From: a virus
Strand: one strand, 5' to 3'
Virus record (IMG/VR): IMGVR_UViG_3300021963_000062
Span: 33,016 to 97,015 of that record
Length of the DNA: 64,000 bases
Positions 1 through 9,370 of this stretch are shown here, in pieces (position 1 is the first letter of the stretch; each line of letters starts with the position of its first letter). The notes beneath the pieces are model-generated. The model saw nothing but the letters and a program-made list of their open reading frames with translations, searched no databases and was not told the DNA's origin. The translations under genes and the position numbers were made by a program.

Positions 1-162
1 CCAACCTTCCTGCCGTCCTTTAAGATAAAAACGGGTGCCTGATATACATGAGTCTTCAGTGAGAGCCGAGACCAATCCATTTCCTTCTTTGTCATAACTA
101 TCCCAGAGAAATTTTCCTTGTTCAACACGGAACGCATCATCAATCCATTGAATTTCTTGCAT
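1..162 (-). CDS. hypothetical phage protein, truncated by window edge
   Basis: Read by hand from ATG at 162: MQEIQWIDDAFRVEQGKFLWDSYDKEG..., open to position 1. Confidence 0.65.
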   Translation of the reverse strand, partial: MQEIQWIDDAFRVEQGKFLWDSYDKEGNGLVSALTEDSCISGTRFYLKGRQEGW

Positions 163-172
163 TTATATCTTT

Positions 173-394
173 TTAAAGTTGACTCGGACATTTACTTACC
201 ACCATAGCAATGGCAGCAGCTTCAATAGCAGGAGAAGTGGAGATTACTCTCCTCACATTTGACCCGCCATATTTATCGTTAGCCTTACTATAGGCAACTA
301 GAACTGATCGCAGAGTGTCCATACCTTTATTACGATTCGCACAAAAGTCTACTGCGACAGTATTCAATAGTGTCAGTAAAGTTAGTTCAGCCAT
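173..394 (-). CDS. hypothetical protein
   Basis: 73-aa ORF in a tightly packed minus-strand run. Confidence 0.65.
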   Translation of the reverse strand: MAELTLLTLLNTVAVDFCANRNKGMDTLRSVLVAYSKANDKYGGSNVRRVISTSPAIEAAAIAMVVSKCPSQL

Positions 395-557
395 CCCCTT
401 TAATACTTAAGGTGTAATCTTTCTTTGTTAGTTTATGTTGTTTTACGAATCTGTCAACATGATCTTTACATTCAAACCAACAGATTCGTTTTTCTTTACC
501 CTCCTTCAGATCCACTCGGAAGATGAAGGTTTCATACGGAAATTTTTCGTCAGTCAT
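387..557 (-). CDS. small hypothetical protein (56 aa)
   Basis: Read by hand: MTDEKFPYETFIFRVDLKEGKEKRICWFECKDH...; overlaps both neighbours. Confidence 0.6.
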   Translation of the reverse strand: MTDEKFPYETFIFRVDLKEGKEKRICWFECKDHVDRFVKQHKLTKKDYTLSIKGDG

Positions 558-718
558 TAAGTGGGTTGTTCCTGCCTTTGAGTATAGACCACATCAAAGA
601 GTTCGTCAAGTATTTCGTTACACTCGTGATACTCTTTACCATCAAGCAAAGTCTTCTCGAATTGATAACGACGAACTGCAGTGAAGATTAGTTTATATTG
701 TTCGGGTGTAAAGTTCAT
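557..718 (-). CDS. small hypothetical protein (53 aa)
   Basis: Read by hand: MNFTPEQYKLIFTAVRRYQ...; TAATG overlaps at both ends. Confidence 0.6.
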   Translation of the reverse strand: MNFTPEQYKLIFTAVRRYQFEKTLLDGKEYHECNEILDELFDVVYTQRQEQPT

Positions 719-1191
719 TATTCTCCAAGTGTGTGAATGACAGGTTTTTCGTGGGCAAGGATATGATAAAGGTCTGGGTTCTTTGCTGCTGATACAGGAA
801 CAAACTCCGTCTCAGGATTAAACTCTTCATCACGAATTGCCTGGTTAATGACAATGGAACCTTCCTCCCCAGAATAAGACCGATGGAAAGTCATTTTAGG
901 GATCACCAGAGCCCCAGAAGAACGATTGAGATGAACGATATGATACGGATAACGCCATTCTGGGTTTACCAGTTCAAATGTGCGAATACCAGACAGAACA
1001 CGATTATGATCTACCTGGTGATAATGAATATAAAATTGTTTAGCTCCTACAATATCATCAGGTGGTGAAATAGCAGCACCAGTATGAATTACAAGATCTT
1101 GTGCGTTTGAGTTTTCTACAGAGATGTCATAGAATACAACTGCATCTGTTTCCCTGAATACTCTATGTTTTTTAAAGTGAACTTCGCTCAT
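718..1191 (-). CDS. conserved cyanobacterial/cyanophage protein, cupin-like
   Basis: FRET..VVFYDI and YIHYHQVDHNRV...FHRS His pattern suggest a cupin fold. Confidence 0.6.
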   Translation of the reverse strand: MSEVHFKKHRVFRETDAVVFYDISVENSNAQDLVIHTGAAISPPDDIVGAKQFYIHYHQVDHNRVLSGIRTFELVNPEWRYPYHIVHLNRSSGALVIPKMTFHRSYSGEEGSIVINQAIRDEEFNPETEFVPVSAAKNPDLYHILAHEKPVIHTLGE

Positions 1192-1388
1192 CAGTCGTAG
1201 GTGTTTTGCTCCTGTTGCAATCTATCTATATAAAAATAAATGGTAGCATTTGAATACTGAAATTCTTCAAATCTATGAGGTTTTTTCTCCTTCATCTTGG
1301 TCAACATATTAATCCAGTCGTATCGTTTGTCAACGACCCAACCATAATGTTGTTCATCCTGAAAAAGATCATACTTAGTTTTCATCAC
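1191..1388 (-). CDS. hypothetical protein
   Basis: 65-aa ORF with coupled overlaps. Confidence 0.6.
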   Translation of the reverse strand: MMKTKYDLFQDEQHYGWVVDKRYDWINMLTKMKEKKPHRFEEFQYSNATIYFYIDRLQQEQNTYD

Positions 1389-1609
1389 TCAAACTCCCGA
1401 GTCCTGTTAATCCTTTGAACTGGAGGGGTATAAGGGGGAATAACCTCACAAGTCACACGAATATCAGAACCTTTGGTTGCTTCAGCCATCTCACGATAAC
1501 CAAGACCAACATAGATCTGTCCACCGACTACGGCAACTGCCATGGATCCCCAGAAATAATAATACCACTTAGTTTTTACTTGGTGGCGTAGAATCTTATT
1601 GACTTTCAT
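1385..1609 (-). CDS. small membrane protein
   Basis: Hydrophobic WYYYFWGSMAVAVVGGQIYVG segment. Confidence 0.6.
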   Translation of the reverse strand: MKVNKILRHQVKTKWYYYFWGSMAVAVVGGQIYVGLGYREMAEATKGSDIRVTCEVIPPYTPPVQRINRTREFE

Positions 1610-1749
1610 TTGAATACAGCGGTAACTCCGACTACTTTGGCATTAGGATTGCGGGCAAGGGCAACTTGTCTTGCTTCTTGATAGTCACGGGCTTGTACTT
1701 CTTCTTTGAAGACCTTACCTGCAACATAAAGGGTAACTTCACATTTCAT
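1606..1749 (-). CDS. small conserved phage protein (47 aa)
   Basis: Read by hand: MKCEVTLYVAGKVFKEEVQARDYQEARQVALARNPNAKVVGVTAVFK; ATGA overlaps on both sides. Confidence 0.65.
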   Translation of the reverse strand: MKCEVTLYVAGKVFKEEVQARDYQEARQVALARNPNAKVVGVTAVFK

Positions 1750-1928
1750 TTTAAATAATGTTCTTTATCAGTATCAAATTCAATCCATTTAGCATCTTTC
1801 ATATTAAGGCACATTAGAATTGTCTCATGTTCCCGATGTTCTCGTGGTGTACCACGATACAGGTATCTCCTTTGATACGCACAACACCAGACATTATAAT
1901 AGATCTTAGCTTTTTCAGAAAGAGCCAT
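1746..1928 (-). CDS. hypothetical protein
   Basis: 60-aa ORF in operon. Confidence 0.55.
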   Translation of the reverse strand: MALSEKAKIYYNVWCCAYQRRYLYRGTPREHREHETILMCLNMKDAKWIEFDTDKEHYLK

Positions 1929-2172
1929 TTCCTAGTCGTTCAAAACAAACACTGTTAAACTTACCCTCTACACCGCGAAGAATAAGTTTGGTGTGGGAAG
2001 ACTTTATAATTATTTGTTGAACAAAGTAAACTCCACCAGGAACTAACAGATGTTCTGGATCTGTATTATTTCCCCAAGCAACTTGTTCTTTAGAACACCC
2101 AACAAATTTTACAAAGTCTCCCTCTTTGATTTCACCATAAGAGAATTTTGGAATCTTAAGATCTTTCTTCAC
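1915..2172 (-). CDS. hypothetical protein
   Basis: 85-aa ORF in operon. Confidence 0.6.
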   Translation of the reverse strand: MKKDLKIPKFSYGEIKEGDFVKFVGCSKEQVAWGNNTDPEHLLVPGGVYFVQQIIIKSSHTKLILRGVEGKFNSVCFERLGNGSF

Positions 2173-2411
2173 TTCTTTTCCTCTTTTGGTTGCACTTTCT
2201 GTTTGGTAGGATCTGCATAAGGGACTCGTCCCTCTTTCTCGTACATCAGTATATCATACTTAAACTTGCACTCATGGGGTTTCTGATTGCAAAGAATCAG
2301 TGTGTCATTGATTGCACGATGAGATCCAACGGCAGAACCAAGTGAACTTCCTAAGAGCAATGTAAGTCCAAACATCCCAATGTTTTTAAGATTTAAAGAA
2401 CGTTCAACCAT
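2169..2411 (-). CDS. hypothetical membrane-anchored protein
   Basis: Likely start MVERSL at 2411; N-terminal hydrophobic segment. Confidence 0.5.
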   Translation of the reverse strand: MVERSLNLKNIGMFGLTLLLGSSLGSAVGSHRAINDTLILCNQKPHECKFKYDILMYEKEGRVPYADPTKQKVQPKEEKK

Positions 2412-2436
2412 AATGAATTTCAGAAGTCTTTTTATT

Positions 2437-3609
2437 CTAATGTATTTCATCTGGCCAGTCAACCCTGCCAGTATAATCTCTAAAAATCCATTTACCCAAT
2501 GAATTCGTTGAAACTATTAAATCAGCAGAAATAACTTTTTTCCTCTTATAAACTGTGAAAAGAGAACTCCAATTAGAAATTGATTTAACTACCGTTTTTG
2601 AATAACAACCCGCCATCAGATCAAATACATTTTCAAAGATTTTTATAGTTCGAAGTAAGTATTTTATTTTAAATTTTTCTTTTGGTATTTTATTTTGATG
2701 TAAAGTTATAAACTTCTTAAGATAATAAGACTTATCAATTATATTATTTGGATATCTATCATAATAATATGAATAATACTTTTTAGGAATGTCAGAACTA
2801 ATATAGATTTTTTGATTAGGATTTTCTGAAAGAATAAAATTATCAATCAAATTAAAATAATCAGAGTCTGGTATAATTTTATACCTATTAACCCAATCAA
2901 AATCATTATTAATATTTTCTGATTCAAAAAATATTTTTTGTCTGTTTTTATCTTTTTTTAATAACATATCATAATACTTATATTTTCCAGAATTTCTATA
3001 TTCTTTTCCCAATCTATTTTTATGAAAATTTTCCCAATAAGAATCTATTGTTTCCTTTGGTAAAATTTTTTCTATTTCATTCAAAAATTTTTCAGTGGGA
3101 TATGTACCCAGCCCTCTGCGTAAATGTATGCAACAAACATCGGAAAACTCATTTTCCATAAAATTAATAGCTGTTGTCAACTTTAATTTTATTTTAGATA
3201 CACAATTGTGCAGTATTTCTTTATATGTTATATTTTTATAATCAAAAAAATGATATAAGTGATCAAAACAAGAGATAGAAAAGTCAAGATAATAATAAGT
3301 ATTTTCAGAACTATTTTTATAATCAAATTGTTCTGTTAAAAGAATGTCTCTAAATTTTTCACACGTTATTGGAATTAGTTGATTATTAGATGATTTTAAA
3401 ACCGAAACATCTTGAGCTGTAGTATTTGGCAAATTAATTAATAATAGTTCAGGCCAATAGTTATCTTCCACAATTATTTCAACATCTTTAATAATTGTAG
3501 AAAAATAATATGCTAGACTCCAAATAGCAATTCTATCTCCAAATCCACTGTCATGTTCAAATAAGTTATTACCCGCCCATGGTTCAAAACATATTAGTTT
3601 TATGGACAT
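2437..3609 (-). CDS. GT-B fucosyltransferase-like protein (NodZ/GT11/O-FucT-like)
   Basis: SGFGDRI, CIHLRRG and KIYISSD resemble fucosyltransferase motifs; very low GC. Confidence 0.55.
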   Translation of the reverse strand: MSIKLICFEPWAGNNLFEHDSGFGDRIAIWSLAYYFSTIIKDVEIIVEDNYWPELLLINLPNTTAQDVSVLKSSNNQLIPITCEKFRDILLTEQFDYKNSSENTYYYLDFSISCFDHLYHFFDYKNITYKEILHNCVSKIKLKLTTAINFMENEFSDVCCIHLRRGLGTYPTEKFLNEIEKILPKETIDSYWENFHKNRLGKEYRNSGKYKYYDMLLKKDKNRQKIFFESENINNDFDWVNRYKIIPDSDYFNLIDNFILSENPNQKIYISSDIPKKYYSYYYDRYPNNIIDKSYYLKKFITLHQNKIPKEKFKIKYLLRTIKIFENVFDLMAGCYSKTVVKSISNWSSLFTVYKRKKVISADLIVSTNSLGKWIFRDYTGRVDWPDEIH

Positions 3610-4574
3610 TAGTGTTCTCTTTCAAGATCTAAAGTTACGCAATGAAAAAATCCGGCTAGGGTTCTACCATGTCTCCAAGGGAGCATTGCAGATTCAATAC
3701 CGTATTTTTCCAGTTCTTTTCTAGTTTCATGTTGGTGTTCTTCCAAAACTACTAGATTGGGATTAATACTAATAAGATTCAAATTCCCCCAAGGAGAAGC
3801 GTTATTATAACTGGCATAGTATCCAGTATCATAAGGTTCTGGAGCAAAAATAACATCCCAACTTCTAAAAGGTTCCGGGAGATCATCTTTAGATTTAACT
3901 CTAGATGGATTAACCATCACTAAACCTTCCCTCAAAAATGCAACTGTACTATCGATGTGAACATAACTGTATACACCTTGGAGTAAATGTACTCTAACTT
4001 CAGATCCTACAAGTTCTTGAAGTAACTCTGCACCTTTTATGTTACCAGTATTTGAAACAAGATAGAGGAGATCATTATTAGCTCTAATGATATTGGCAGC
4101 ATCAAAAGCAGGAGAAGATTCAGTTAAAGAAAGAATGTCTTTATTTCCAATACAATCTTCAGTGTACAATTCATCTTCACAAGAACAAGGAATGTGAATT
4201 AAATTGTCAAAATGGTGTGCAAAAGACTTCCAATTATTTTTTCTAGATCGTAAAGGCATTGGAGTTGCAATAGACAAATCTCCATGAGTAAAAATACAAT
4301 CTCTGGGACAAAAATTATAATATTCTGTTTCTTCTCTATTGGGTCTGACTACTTCTATTTGTTGACTTTTTAAAAATTCAACAAAAGTTTCCAAGTCTTC
4401 ATTAGCTTCTTCAATTACTTGTTGTGGATATTCGCCAATAACTACATCAATTACATCTTGTTTATCGGCATAATTAACAAATCTTAGAGACCTATCCATT
4501 TCAGGAACTCTAGCGTAATCTGCAACTCCTACGAGTACTTTTTTTAGAGGATCCCACTCATTTCTACTAGTCAT
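3609..4574 (-). CDS. L-arginine amidinotransferase (AGAT/StrB1 family)
   Basis: NEWDPLKKVLVG, CPRD, FDAAN, HIDST and FHCVTLDL; catalytic His and Cys present. Confidence 0.88.
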   Translation of the reverse strand: MTSRNEWDPLKKVLVGVADYARVPEMDRSLRFVNYADKQDVIDVVIGEYPQQVIEEANEDLETFVEFLKSQQIEVVRPNREETEYYNFCPRDCIFTHGDLSIATPMPLRSRKNNWKSFAHHFDNLIHIPCSCEDELYTEDCIGNKDILSLTESSPAFDAANIIRANNDLLYLVSNTGNIKGAELLQELVGSEVRVHLLQGVYSYVHIDSTVAFLREGLVMVNPSRVKSKDDLPEPFRSWDVIFAPEPYDTGYYASYNNASPWGNLNLISINPNLVVLEEHQHETRKELEKYGIESAMLPWRHGRTLAGFFHCVTLDLEREH

Positions 4575-4806
4575 TATTTTTAATAAATTCTTTTTCTAAT
4601 TCTTTTGCAAGTTTCATCGCTCTTCTCCACATTAAATATTTTACTATGGGATTACGAGGATTATTTAATAACCACCATTTGGTTTTCCCATACTCAAATT
4701 TCAAAAGTTTAGTAATAAAATAAAATGATCTTGCAACACTATCATCAGTTATGATAAAGTATGCAGCTATTACAAAGAGAAAAAACCAAATAGAATAATA
4801 TTCCAT
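4567..4806 (-). CDS. small membrane protein
   Basis: N-terminal TM helix, WW..NP.NP motif. Confidence 0.6.
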   Translation of the reverse strand: MEYYSIWFFLFVIAAYFIITDDSVARSFYFITKLLKFEYGKTKWWLLNNPRNPIVKYLMWRRAMKLAKELEKEFIKNND

Positions 4807-4807
4807 A

Positions 4808-5005
4808 TTAATGCCAACGAAGAGACTTTAAGTATTCCAATACGGTATCTCTCACATCCATGAGCTCATGATAACACTTTTGATTATGGGCACATTGTCT
4901 AAGTTCATGATCTGGTTTATATACACTTTCCACAAATAAATCTAATCCTCTATTCCACTTATCCTTTTTGGATTCTCCATCATGTGTGCAGTAAGGTTGT
5001 GACAT
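4808..5005 (-). CDS. small conserved cyanophage protein
   Basis: KWNRGLDLFVESVYKPD.ELRQCAHNQKC. Confidence 0.65.
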   Translation of the reverse strand: MSQPYCTHDGESKKDKWNRGLDLFVESVYKPDHELRQCAHNQKCYHELMDVRDTVLEYLKSLRWH

Positions 5006-5175
5006 TAAACTTGCTCCAAATCTTCTATGGATGATACTGGTACTTCGTGTTCTGCAATTCGGTAATAATGTTCACCTTCTCGTATACCAAGATACTCGAT
5101 ATCATCACAATTATATTCTCTTAACCACGCTTGAAGACGCAAATGCATCAACTCCGAGGCGTTTGGGACATTCAT
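5005..5175 (-). CDS. small hypothetical protein (56 aa)
   Basis: Read by hand: MNVPNASELMHLRLQAWLRE...; TAATG coupling to the next gene. Confidence 0.6.
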   Translation of the reverse strand: MNVPNASELMHLRLQAWLREYNCDDIEYLGIREGEHYYRIAEHEVPVSSIEDLEQV

Positions 5176-5215
5176 AGATAATCACTAAACACTTAGTAAT
5201 TATAAGTTATTTAGC

Positions 5216-6328
5216 TTATTTGTCAAGTTTAAGTTCTGATAGATTTAATAAACCAAAATCTGATATATTTAATAAAGTATAGTTCAACAAGTCTGTGGAA
5301 GGAGAATGTCCCATTGATAATCGGTAATATTCAGAAAACAAAACCCAAAATGAATAACAATCATATATGATATCTTTTTCACAATTGCATAGAGAAAATA
5401 AATCCAAAAGGTAAGTAAGCATGTGCATATCAGATTTTGATAAATCGTTTCCAAAAAAAGAAAAAAATTCTGTAAGTAGATCATCTCTGTTTATAATTTT
5501 ATTTGGATATTTTTCTTTATAGTGTTGTACGTATTTTGTTTTTACATTACATGATAGATAAAATTTTTGTTCTGGATTTATTTCCAAAATTTTATCTATT
5601 TTTTGAAAATAAATTTCATCCGGTATAAATTTATTTTTCATCTGATTTTTTAAATACTGAGAAACATTTTTATACAGATCAACATTACCTTGCCAATAAT
5701 CTGAAATAAAATCTTGCCTGATATTTTCAGGGAGAGTGTTAATATCTTCCATTGTCATAGGTATATGAGTTCTTCTAATATAAAGACCCATATGCCCTTT
5801 AAGTTTGTTTCTTAGATAATTATTTGCTTCTTCTGAGGATAATTTTATTTTACTAATTTCTTTCAACAGTTTGAACTTCATTTTTATAAATTCATCAAAA
5901 GATATATCGTATTTTTCATATCTAGTTTGATGATATTTAACTTCAAACAACAATAAATCATTACATAAACTAGTGGAATATGAAAAAGATGAATGGTCAT
6001 TTAAATAGTCAAAATTTCTTTTAATAAAGAAGTCTAAAAAGTTTTTCTCAGTTAGAGGAAAAGAATTTGATAACTGTTCTTTTTTTATAGAATCAAATGA
6101 AATTTGATCTGGAAATTTTATAAATTTACTTTCCGGCCACTTTTCTTTCTCTAGGACAATGTTAAAATTGTTTTCGCTTACTATACTTAAAACAAGAGAG
6201 TACATCAAAAAATTTAACCTATGTCCTAATCCAACATCTACTTCTTTAGTTTGGTGATTAACAATGCAATGGTTAGCTCCAAAATGAGATTTAGGTAAAA
6301 TCCAATACAAAATTTTTTTATCTTGCAT
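5216..6328 (-). CDS. GT-B fucosyltransferase-like protein, paralog of 2437..3609
   Basis: VGLGHRL, WPE, GLYIRRT, FIPD..YF, NPEQKFYLS and YPNKII match the paralog. Confidence 0.55.
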   Translation of the reverse strand: MQDKKILYWILPKSHFGANHCIVNHQTKEVDVGLGHRLNFLMYSLVLSIVSENNFNIVLEKEKWPESKFIKFPDQISFDSIKKEQLSNSFPLTEKNFLDFFIKRNFDYLNDHSSFSYSTSLCNDLLLFEVKYHQTRYEKYDISFDEFIKMKFKLLKEISKIKLSSEEANNYLRNKLKGHMGLYIRRTHIPMTMEDINTLPENIRQDFISDYWQGNVDLYKNVSQYLKNQMKNKFIPDEIYFQKIDKILEINPEQKFYLSCNVKTKYVQHYKEKYPNKIINRDDLLTEFFSFFGNDLSKSDMHMLTYLLDLFSLCNCEKDIIYDCYSFWVLFSEYYRLSMGHSPSTDLLNYTLLNISDFGLLNLSELKLDK

Positions 6329-6338
6329 ATAATTTGAA

Positions 6339-6665
6339 CTAATCTCTTTTAATTGGTATAAATTCCACTTGAGTTTTCCATTTAAATCCAGGAGTTTCCC
6401 AAGTTTGGTTGTTATTATAGATTCTATTATTGTTTACCAGTTCTTCCTCAGTAATATCAGAGTCATCGGAAGGAACATAATCCGCAAAAGTACTTCCGGA
6501 ATAAAGTTCTTCAAGCCTCAACTTACTTGGGTAATGTTTTAGAAGAGCTCTTGCAGATAACCTGACTTTTTCAGGTACATCTACAATTTTTTTGGAGTCC
6601 ATTAAGTCAATAAGAAACTCTCTAGTAGCGAGAAGAGAGTTGTGTTCTTGTTGTGGTAAAGTCAT
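6339..6665 (-). CDS. hypothetical protein
   Basis: MTLP...REFL..L...VP..VR..AR.LLKHYP motif. Confidence 0.6.
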   Translation of the reverse strand: MTLPQQEHNSLLATREFLIDLMDSKKIVDVPEKVRLSARALLKHYPSKLRLEELYSGSTFADYVPSDDSDITEEELVNNNRIYNNNQTWETPGFKWKTQVEFIPIKRD

Positions 6666-6668
6666 AAC

Positions 6669-6827
6669 TCATCTGGCATACTGCTCAATAATAAATAATA
6701 CCTCATTTAAGTACTTGTGGGCAAGTTCTTTCTCTTTTTTGTATGGAGTTGGTTCTTGATCTATTCTATTCTTTAGATTGAGAACTCTCACTCTCATTTC
6801 ATCTCTGGTGATCTGATTCCGTGGCAT
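6669..6827 (-). CDS. hypothetical protein
   Basis: Likely start MPRNQ at 6827. Confidence 0.55.
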   Translation of the reverse strand: MPRNQITRDEMRVRVLNLKNRIDQEPTPYKKEKELAHKYLNEVLFIIEQYAR

Positions 6828-6908
6828 CGTCAAAAAATCCGCGCCTTCTATATAGGCGACCCTGGCAGTCAAAAATTTTACCGGAAATTTTTCCCCCGAA
6901 AAATGAAA

Positions 6909-7115
6909 TCAGTCCTCAGTTTCAGTTTTCTGGTGTTTCTTTTTACATGCACCACGAGCCCATGCACGAGCAAGGCTATTAACGTGTGAACATGGTTTCT
7001 GTTTCTCCCCGCAGTAAGGACATGAGGCGTCTGGGGGATCCGCAATGTATCCTTCAGGCGTGTACATCCTTATTTTCTTTTGATTCTGTGATTGTTTTCT
7101 TTTACGATGATTCAT
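6909..7115 (-). CDS. small basic Cys-containing protein
   Basis: CPYC...CSH...C pattern. Confidence 0.55.
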   Translation of the reverse strand: MNHRKRKQSQNQKKIRMYTPEGYIADPPDASCPYCGEKQKPCSHVNSLARAWARGACKKKHQKTETED

Positions 7116-7429
7116 GACAGATTAAGAGGTTCCAGTTCACTCTCAGGTAATTTAAGTTGACCCTCTTTCAGTTGTTTTGGTTCTTCAACTTTCCAAGATC
7201 CACCAACACCACCATCCATATTCACGACAATCTCATTGGTGGGAAGTGCCTTAGGCATCTCAACATCAATCACTTGACCCATCAGATGATTGGTGTTCTT
7301 GATATAAGTCCTGTTAGGATGCATTTGAGCCAGATTATGGGCGTCCAATTCATTACCGCAGTCAGCAATTTTCTTCCCAGTCCTCTGGTCAATCACTGAC
7401 CAATACTCTTCGGGCAAATATTTATTCAT
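7112..7429 (-). CDS. hypothetical protein
   Basis: 105-aa ORF, ATGA coupling. Confidence 0.6.
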   Translation of the reverse strand: MNKYLPEEYWSVIDQRTGKKIADCGNELDAHNLAQMHPNRTYIKNTNHLMGQVIDVEMPKALPTNEIVVNMDGGVGGSWKVEEPKQLKEGQLKLPESELEPLNLS

Positions 7430-7431
7430 AG

Positions 7432-7638
7432 TTAAAATCCCTTTGATTTTGTTTTGGGTTTCTTTTTATCAAGAACTTCAAACAGATCTAGTTGACCAGT
7501 GGATGACCATTGGAACCAATAAACCTGGGCATCCTCCCAGTTATCAAACTCCATCGTCTTTCCGTTCTTAAAGAATAATTTATAGTCATGTCTATTATAA
7601 GGTAAATCAGAAGTTTGTGCAAAAGTTTTAATTGTCAT
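7432..7638 (-). CDS. hypothetical protein
   Basis: 68-aa ORF, ATGA coupling. Confidence 0.6.
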   Translation of the reverse strand: MTIKTFAQTSDLPYNRHDYKLFFKNGKTMEFDNWEDAQVYWFQWSSTGQLDLFEVLDKKKPKTKSKGF

Positions 7639-8183
7639 AATAAAAGTCCTTTCAAAAGATGAGTAGCCTCAGAGAACCTATCAACATAATGAACTAAGTC
7701 CATATCTTCACTACTAATGAATCCATTATCAAGCATTTCTTCCTCAATCCAATGTTTGAGTGTTCTCCACATTCTACCAACACAGATAATTGGTTTCTTA
7801 TCCATGTGACTGACTTGAACTAACTGATAGATCAATGCCATTTCTAGGAGAGTTCCTACACCACCAGGAGTAACGATAAACGCATCGCACTCTGCGAATG
7901 TCTTAAGTCTGGAGTAGAAAGTCTGGTGTTTTTCATACTCCTGAACATACTTATTAACTCCTTCCTCAAAGGGAAGATAGATTGCTTCTGCAATAGAACA
8001 GAGGTGATCTCCACCGCATCCTTCTATTGCACCCTTATTGGCGGCTTCCATAGTTCCAGGGCCGCCTCCAGTTACTACTGTCCAACCTTGTGCAGAGATA
8101 TTTCTTCCGAGTTTTTCTACTGCCTTATAGAGATCGGATTCCGGATTCGTTCTTGCAGAACCAAAGATTGCTACTTTTTTCAT
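7635..8183 (-). CDS. LOG-family (lysine-decarboxylase-like) nucleotide phosphoribohydrolase
   Basis: FGSAR, TGGGPGTMEAANKGA and PGGVGTLLE (PGGxGTxxE) motifs. Confidence 0.88.
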   Translation of the reverse strand: MKKVAIFGSARTNPESDLYKAVEKLGRNISAQGWTVVTGGGPGTMEAANKGAIEGCGGDHLCSIAEAIYLPFEEGVNKYVQEYEKHQTFYSRLKTFAECDAFIVTPGGVGTLLEMALIYQLVQVSHMDKKPIICVGRMWRTLKHWIEEEMLDNGFISSEDMDLVHYVDRFSEATHLLKGLLL

Positions 8184-8830
8184 TTAAGTTTATAGACGTA
8201 AATGTGTTTACCAGGGGTTTCAATGTACTTTGCATCACCACTTTCCAAAGCATCTTTAACTCTTTGTGCGAAAGGCTTGAGATTTTTATTCCCATACCTA
8301 TCTATATGATAAGTTCGGATACATTTATCGTGATATATCTTACCATCATAATCAATAACACGACCCTTGGCAGTCATGCCACAATGTTCAAAGTTGGATG
8401 CCTTATAGATTGTACCCTGATGATTATGAAACGTGTCTGCGTAGGATACAACAACCTTATATGATGTGTTCTTCTTCAACCACCTCAGAGTTTTTCCAAT
8501 AAAATAACTCTCAGTATTTCTAGGAGTATTATCAATACAACAAAGACGACGTAGTTCTACAACTTGATCCTCAGAATCTGCATACTTTTTCCAAGTATTA
8601 GCCATTCCTAAAGGGCCATAGATCATAGCACCAATAAGATTTTCATTATAAAATAAACCAAAAACATTAGAGATTCTAAGACCATTAACATTAGAAGAAT
8701 AATGCCAAGTTTCAACAAAGTCTCTAACGTATTGAATGGTAGTAGGTTTGACTACAAAATCCTTTACGTTTACATCCCTGCAGTCAAGTTCTTCAAACAG
8801 TAGGGATGATAAAGGATTCATAGTGTTCAT
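8180..8830 (-). CDS. Mom-like GNAT DNA adenine-modification enzyme
   Basis: HYS, ELRRL...PRNTESYFI, VVSYAD...H.GTIYKASNF; start could be 8821, 8830 or 8833. Confidence 0.78.
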   Translation of the reverse strand: MNTMNPLSSLLFEELDCRDVNVKDFVVKPTTIQYVRDFVETWHYSSNVNGLRISNVFGLFYNENLIGAMIYGPLGMANTWKKYADSEDQVVELRRLCCIDNTPRNTESYFIGKTLRWLKKNTSYKVVVSYADTFHNHQGTIYKASNFEHCGMTAKGRVIDYDGKIYHDKCIRTYHIDRYGNKNLKPFAQRVKDALESGDAKYIETPGKHIYVYKLK

Positions 8831-9335
8831 CAAATTTTTTCTTTAGTTCGTCCCTAATGATAATTTTAACATCATTTACATGAGAAAGAAAGTCTTCCCA
8901 TTTATTCTCAACACCAAGATATTTAAAAATAGCTATTCCATGAAGGTGACGAATACCATCCTTCATGTAATCATTCTTTTTTCGATCTTCCCAATATGCA
9001 TAAATAGGAATCTTATTCTTTTCTGCGGCAGACTCCTTCAATTTAACATTGTTAGCCTTTTTAGAAGAAGAATTATCAGTCGCAGGATTCTTTTTTTGTT
9101 CAACAACGATACTAGAGTTCTCCCAATCAGTCTTACATCCAACTCCAAGATGTTTTGCTTCGGGGTCTGGATCCCACTCAGGAATTACTTCTTCAATATA
9201 ATCTCCAATTAATTGGGCAATACGACTGCCAAGAAACACACCACGATTTTCGGAAAGATCCAGTAGAAAATCATAATCAAACTGAGACACATCATAATTT
9301 TGGAGACGAGTCTTCAGGTTGTCAAGAGCAGACAT
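8793..9335 (-). CDS. putative PD-(D/E)xK restriction-like endonuclease (Eco47II-like)
   Basis: IGDYIEE...KTD...VVEQKKNPATDNSSSKK resembles the E..D..ExK..T(D/M)NSSS pattern. Confidence 0.55.
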   Translation of the reverse strand: MSALDNLKTRLQNYDVSQFDYDFLLDLSENRGVFLGSRIAQLIGDYIEEVIPEWDPDPEAKHLGVGCKTDWENSSIVVEQKKNPATDNSSSKKANNVKLKESAAEKNKIPIYAYWEDRKKNDYMKDGIRHLHGIAIFKYLGVENKWEDFLSHVNDVKIIIRDELKKKFDEHYESFIIPTV

Positions 9336-9338
9336 AAT

Positions 9339-9370
9339 AAAAAAAGGAGATCTCTTTAAGAGGTCTCCTT
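9339..9370 (-). terminator. intrinsic terminator-like hairpin
   Basis: AAGGAGACCTCT-TAA-AGAGATCTCCTT followed by a T tract. Confidence 0.6.

Noticed and set aside
6871-6905. AAAAATTT-CCGGTA-AAATTTTT palindrome
   Set aside because: Single AT-rich copy; no function can be supported
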